Assembly: GCA_965232515.1 (NCBI GenBank) | Contig: CBDDPY010000002.1 | Span: 4,416,001-4,480,000 of the forward strand | Source of the DNA: Alphaproteobacteria bacterium | GTDB lineage: Bacteria; Pseudomonadota; Alphaproteobacteria; GCA-2731375 | Length of the DNA stretch: 64,000 bases | Direction of reading: 5' to 3' | In this document: positions 61,263 through 64,000 of the stretch, piece by piece | How positions within the stretch are numbered: position 1 is the stretch's first letter | How the letters are laid out: each line of letters begins with the position of its first letter | Program-made: the position numbers and the translations under genes | Notes under the pieces: model-generated | Databases searched by the model: none | What the model saw: only the letters and a program-made list of their open reading frames with translations | What the model was told of the DNA's origin: nothing

Positions 61263-64000
61263 GTGCCGGGCCGCACGGACGACGTGTTTGATGATTTTGT
61301 GCGGCTCTTTGTCGGCCTCACAGTCGGGGCGGTCGCGCTCCTGTTATTCGCACTCCGACCCGTCGTTTTTGTTGTCGGCCTCGTCTCGAAACCGCTGGCG
61401 GCCCGCCTCACGTACCATCTTCGGCCGTCGTTCTCACGCAAAGAAGTGCGGGAAACGCACGCGCTCTTGAACGAGGCAGCCGCTGCCTACCAGGCCTCCT
61501 TCCTCGCAGAGCAACCGCCTGACGATCTCCTCGCCGACATCCTTGTTGAGATCCGCGCTCGTTGCGACGAGCCACAACCATCGAACGATATTCTGCTTAG
61601 TTTTGCCGATGTCATCTACGGGCTCATGATGGAAGAGGGCTGGTGGGAGCTCCCGGCAATCGACGGAGAGCTCGAACGCACGCTCGAGGAGGGCATGCAC
61701 CTTCGCAACCATCTGCGGCATCAGAAACGCTTGTTCACGGAAGCGCCGGACCTCTTCGAGGTGTGGTCGGAGAAGCTCATTCGGATCGGGGTCGGGTTAC
61801 TGGCGTACCTGCCGAACGAGGGAGAGAGCAGTGATGACGAAGACGGGACAGCGTCGCACCTCTCCGTTCCGCTCGTTGATCTTGCGGACAATCCAGCGGA
61901 GATGATTGAACGCCTCGTCGTTACGTTCTTTGACGACGATGTGACGGACACGGGCTTGTTCGCCGACATGCGTACCCGGCTCGATGCCAATGCGCTCATC
62001 GCATCCGGCATTGATCCAACGGAGCGTCATCGATCAACCAAACGCATCCAATTGCCGACCGATTTGCATAAAACGCCGCCCACGGATCTTGTGCACACGT
62101 ACCTGCGCGCAACGGCGTTTGAGCACTTCTTCCTTACGGACGTCGCCTTTGAACTGCCTCCGTCAGTGCTGTTTGAGCATGCCCTCGTACTCGGCGGCAC
62201 GGGCCACGGGAAGACAACCTTTCTGAAGTCACAGATCCACACGCATTTGGTAGAGGCCCTGAACACGCCCTGCTCCATCGTGGTGATCGATAGCCAGGGC
62301 GACCTCATCAACACCATTGCTCACCTGTCACTGTTCAGCCCGCACGCAGAGAACAACCTCTCGGACAGGTTCCTGCTCATTGATCCCAACGACGTCGAGC
62401 ATCCGATCTCGCTCAACATGTTCGACATCAACGTCAAGCGCCTCAAGGGCTACTCGGCGCTTGAGCGCGAGCGCGTCCTCAACGGCGCCATCGACATGTA
62501 TGAGTACCTCTTTGGGGCGCTGCTCGGTGCTGAACTGACGCAAAAGCAGGGCGTGGTGTTTCGCTACCTCGCGCGGCTCATGCTTGCGATCCCGCAGGCG
62601 AACATCCAAACCCTGCGTGAGGTTCTAGAAGACGGACGCCCGTACAAGCCCTACATGGCGGAGCTTACCGGTTCGTCACGAAAATTCTTTGAAACCCAGT
62701 TCTTTCATCCCTCGTTCAACGCCACCAAGACCCAGATGCTTCGTCGCCTTTGGGGCGTGCTCGCGAACCCGACGTTTGAGCGCATGTTCTCAAGCCCGGT
62801 GAACAAGGTCGACCTGTTTGACGCGATGAACGAAGGCAAGATCATCCTCATCAACACAGCGAAGGACTTATTGAAGCAAGAGGGCTGTGAAATCCTCGGC
62901 CGGTTTTTCATCGCGATGATCGCGCAGGCCGCCATGCAGCGTTCGGTCCTGCCGAAAGCCGAGCGGACCAACACGTACGTCTTTGTGGATGAGGCGCACG
63001 AATACTTTGACGAACGGCTTGAGACCATCCTCAACCAAGCCCGCAAGTACAATGTCGGCATCACGCTGTGCGCGCAGAACCTAGGGCAATTCCCGAGCGG
63101 TCTTGAACAAACGGTCATGTCATCAACAACGACGAAGTTCGCCGGTGGCGTCAGTTCGAGAGACGCGCGCGTATTGGCGCCTGAGATGCGGACTGAATCC
63201 GAGTTCCTGCAGTCGATGCGCAAGCGTACCGGCGAAACAGAGTTTGCCTGCTACATCCGCAACGTAACACCACGTGCCATCCGGGTCGGGATTCCACTTG
63301 GCGCGGTTGACGACCTCCCGACAGTCGAGGCTGCCGAGTTTGATGAGCTCCTCGAGCAGAACCGCAGGCGCTACTGCATGTCTGCAGACGAAATCGAACG
63401 TGCAATGCACGAACCACGTCTGACAATCGTTGAGGACGAGGAGCTTGCAACTCCCGACGACGAAGACCACACGGTTTCGCCGCTCGGTAGCGACGAAGAA
63501 CAGCCCGACGCAGCGGAGTCTGAGGCGGCAACACCGGCGCCCCCCGGCGAGGACGCAGAGCGCCGCATTCAAGATTCACTCGAGGCCTCTGATCGGGAAC
63601 CCGTCCACAAACGCCGGCCTGTTCTGAAAACGCCGCGGCCACAGGGCAAGGGCGGTCGAAAGCACCAGATGCTTCAACAAGAACTGCACCAGGCTGCCCA
63701 GGCGCGCGGCTACTACAGTGTGATCGAAAAGCGAATCGGCGGGACGACTGAAAGTGTTGACGTCGCCTTGGAGCGCGGCGGCTATACCATTGCGTGTGAG
63801 GTGTCGGTCACCACGGCGCCCGAACACGAGCAGAAGAATGTGGCCAAGTGCCTTGCCGCCGGCTTCCACGAAGTGCTGGTGATCTCGTCAAACAAGAAGC
63901 ACTTGCAGCGGCTCCGACGCCACATTTCCGAGAGTCTCAGCGAGGACGAGCGCTCGCGCGTCTTGTTCCTTGCGCCCCTTGAGGTGCTGCCGCATCTTGA
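61263..64000 (+). CDS. TraD/coupling-protein-like ATPase with C-terminal PD-(D/E)xK-like domain (3' partial, absent from ORF track)
   Basis: Manual translation: N-terminal TM, GGTGHGKT (62193), IDSQGD, FVDEAH, QARKY, acidic linker, then VDVALERGGYTIACEVSV; no stop before the window end. Confidence 0.85.
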   Translation, partial: MPGRTDDVFDDFVRLFVGLTVGAVALLLFALRPVVFVVGLVSKPLAARLTYHLRPSFSRKEVRETHALLNEAAAAYQASFLAEQPPDDLLADILVEIRARCDEPQPSNDILLSFADVIYGLMMEEGWWELPAIDGELERTLEEGMHLRNHLRHQKRLFTEAPDLFEVWSEKLIRIGVGLLAYLPNEGESSDDEDGTASHLSVPLVDLADNPAEMIERLVVTFFDDDVTDTGLFADMRTRLDANALIASGIDPTERHRSTKRIQLPTDLHKTPPTDLVHTYLRATAFEHFFLTDVAFELPPSVLFEHALVLGGTGHGKTTFLKSQIHTHLVEALNTPCSIVVIDSQGDLINTIAHLSLFSPHAENNLSDRFLLIDPNDVEHPISLNMFDINVKRLKGYSALERERVLNGAIDMYEYLFGALLGAELTQKQGVVFRYLARLMLAIPQANIQTLREVLEDGRPYKPYMAELTGSSRKFFETQFFHPSFNATKTQMLRRLWGVLANPTFERMFSSPVNKVDLFDAMNEGKIILINTAKDLLKQEGCEILGRFFIAMIAQAAMQRSVLPKAERTNTYVFVDEAHEYFDERLETILNQARKYNVGITLCAQNLGQFPSGLEQTVMSSTTTKFAGGVSSRDARVLAPEMRTESEFLQSMRKRTGETEFACYIRNVTPRAIRVGIPLGAVDDLPTVEAAEFDELLEQNRRRYCMSADEIERAMHEPRLTIVEDEELATPDDEDHTVSPLGSDEEQPDAAESEAATPAPPGEDAERRIQDSLEASDREPVHKRRPVLKTPRPQGKGGRKHQMLQQELHQAAQARGYYSVIEKRIGGTTESVDVALERGGYTIACEVSVTTAPEHEQKNVAKCLAAGFHEVLVISSNKKHLQRLRRHISESLSEDERSRVLFLAPLEVLPHL

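Larger units (their letters stand above)
23943..64000. mobile_element. Composite genomic island integrated in comM (right end outside window)
   Basis: comM truncation, adjacent large serine recombinase, visible GC drop, ArdC/DUF3768/ParB/TraD-like backbone, second recombinase. Confidence 0.92.

Noticed and set aside
61434-63869. Many short minus-strand ORFs near the window end
   Set aside because: All overlap the long plus-strand ATPase frame, which has clear Walker motifs.

Overview
Alphaproteobacterial chromosome window in two parts. Positions 1 to about 23,950 are high-GC core genome: amidase, CysZ/EI24, bactofilin, nth, dapB, dnaJ-dnaK-grpE-hrcA, rph-rdgB-hemW, lpoA-like, rsmI-yraN-BON-SirB1-gshB, a Phd/VapC toxin-antitoxin pair, TauE and map. 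The comM (YifB) gene is cut at its AAMNP motif by a lower-GC genomic island that runs past the window end. The island backbone has two large serine recombinases, a short tyrosine recombinase, ArdC, DUF3768, a RuvC-like/HTH pair, a P-loop replication-type protein with inverted iterons, ParB and two TraD/HerA-like ATPases. One of those ATPases is a >900-aa ORF missing from the ORF track. Cargo includes a DUF3800 gene behind a long non-coding leader, a secreted nuclease, a multicopper oxidase/tyrosinase operon, a decayed tRNA-fMet and a divergent purM. The most notable feature is a putative inflammasome-like protease cascade at 41-53 kb. It has three EAD1-bearing proteins, three intact V8-type serine proteases and a STAND NTPase whose C-terminal trypsin domain has all three catalytic residues replaced by Ala. 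Family assignments come from motif recognition by eye; no searches were run.
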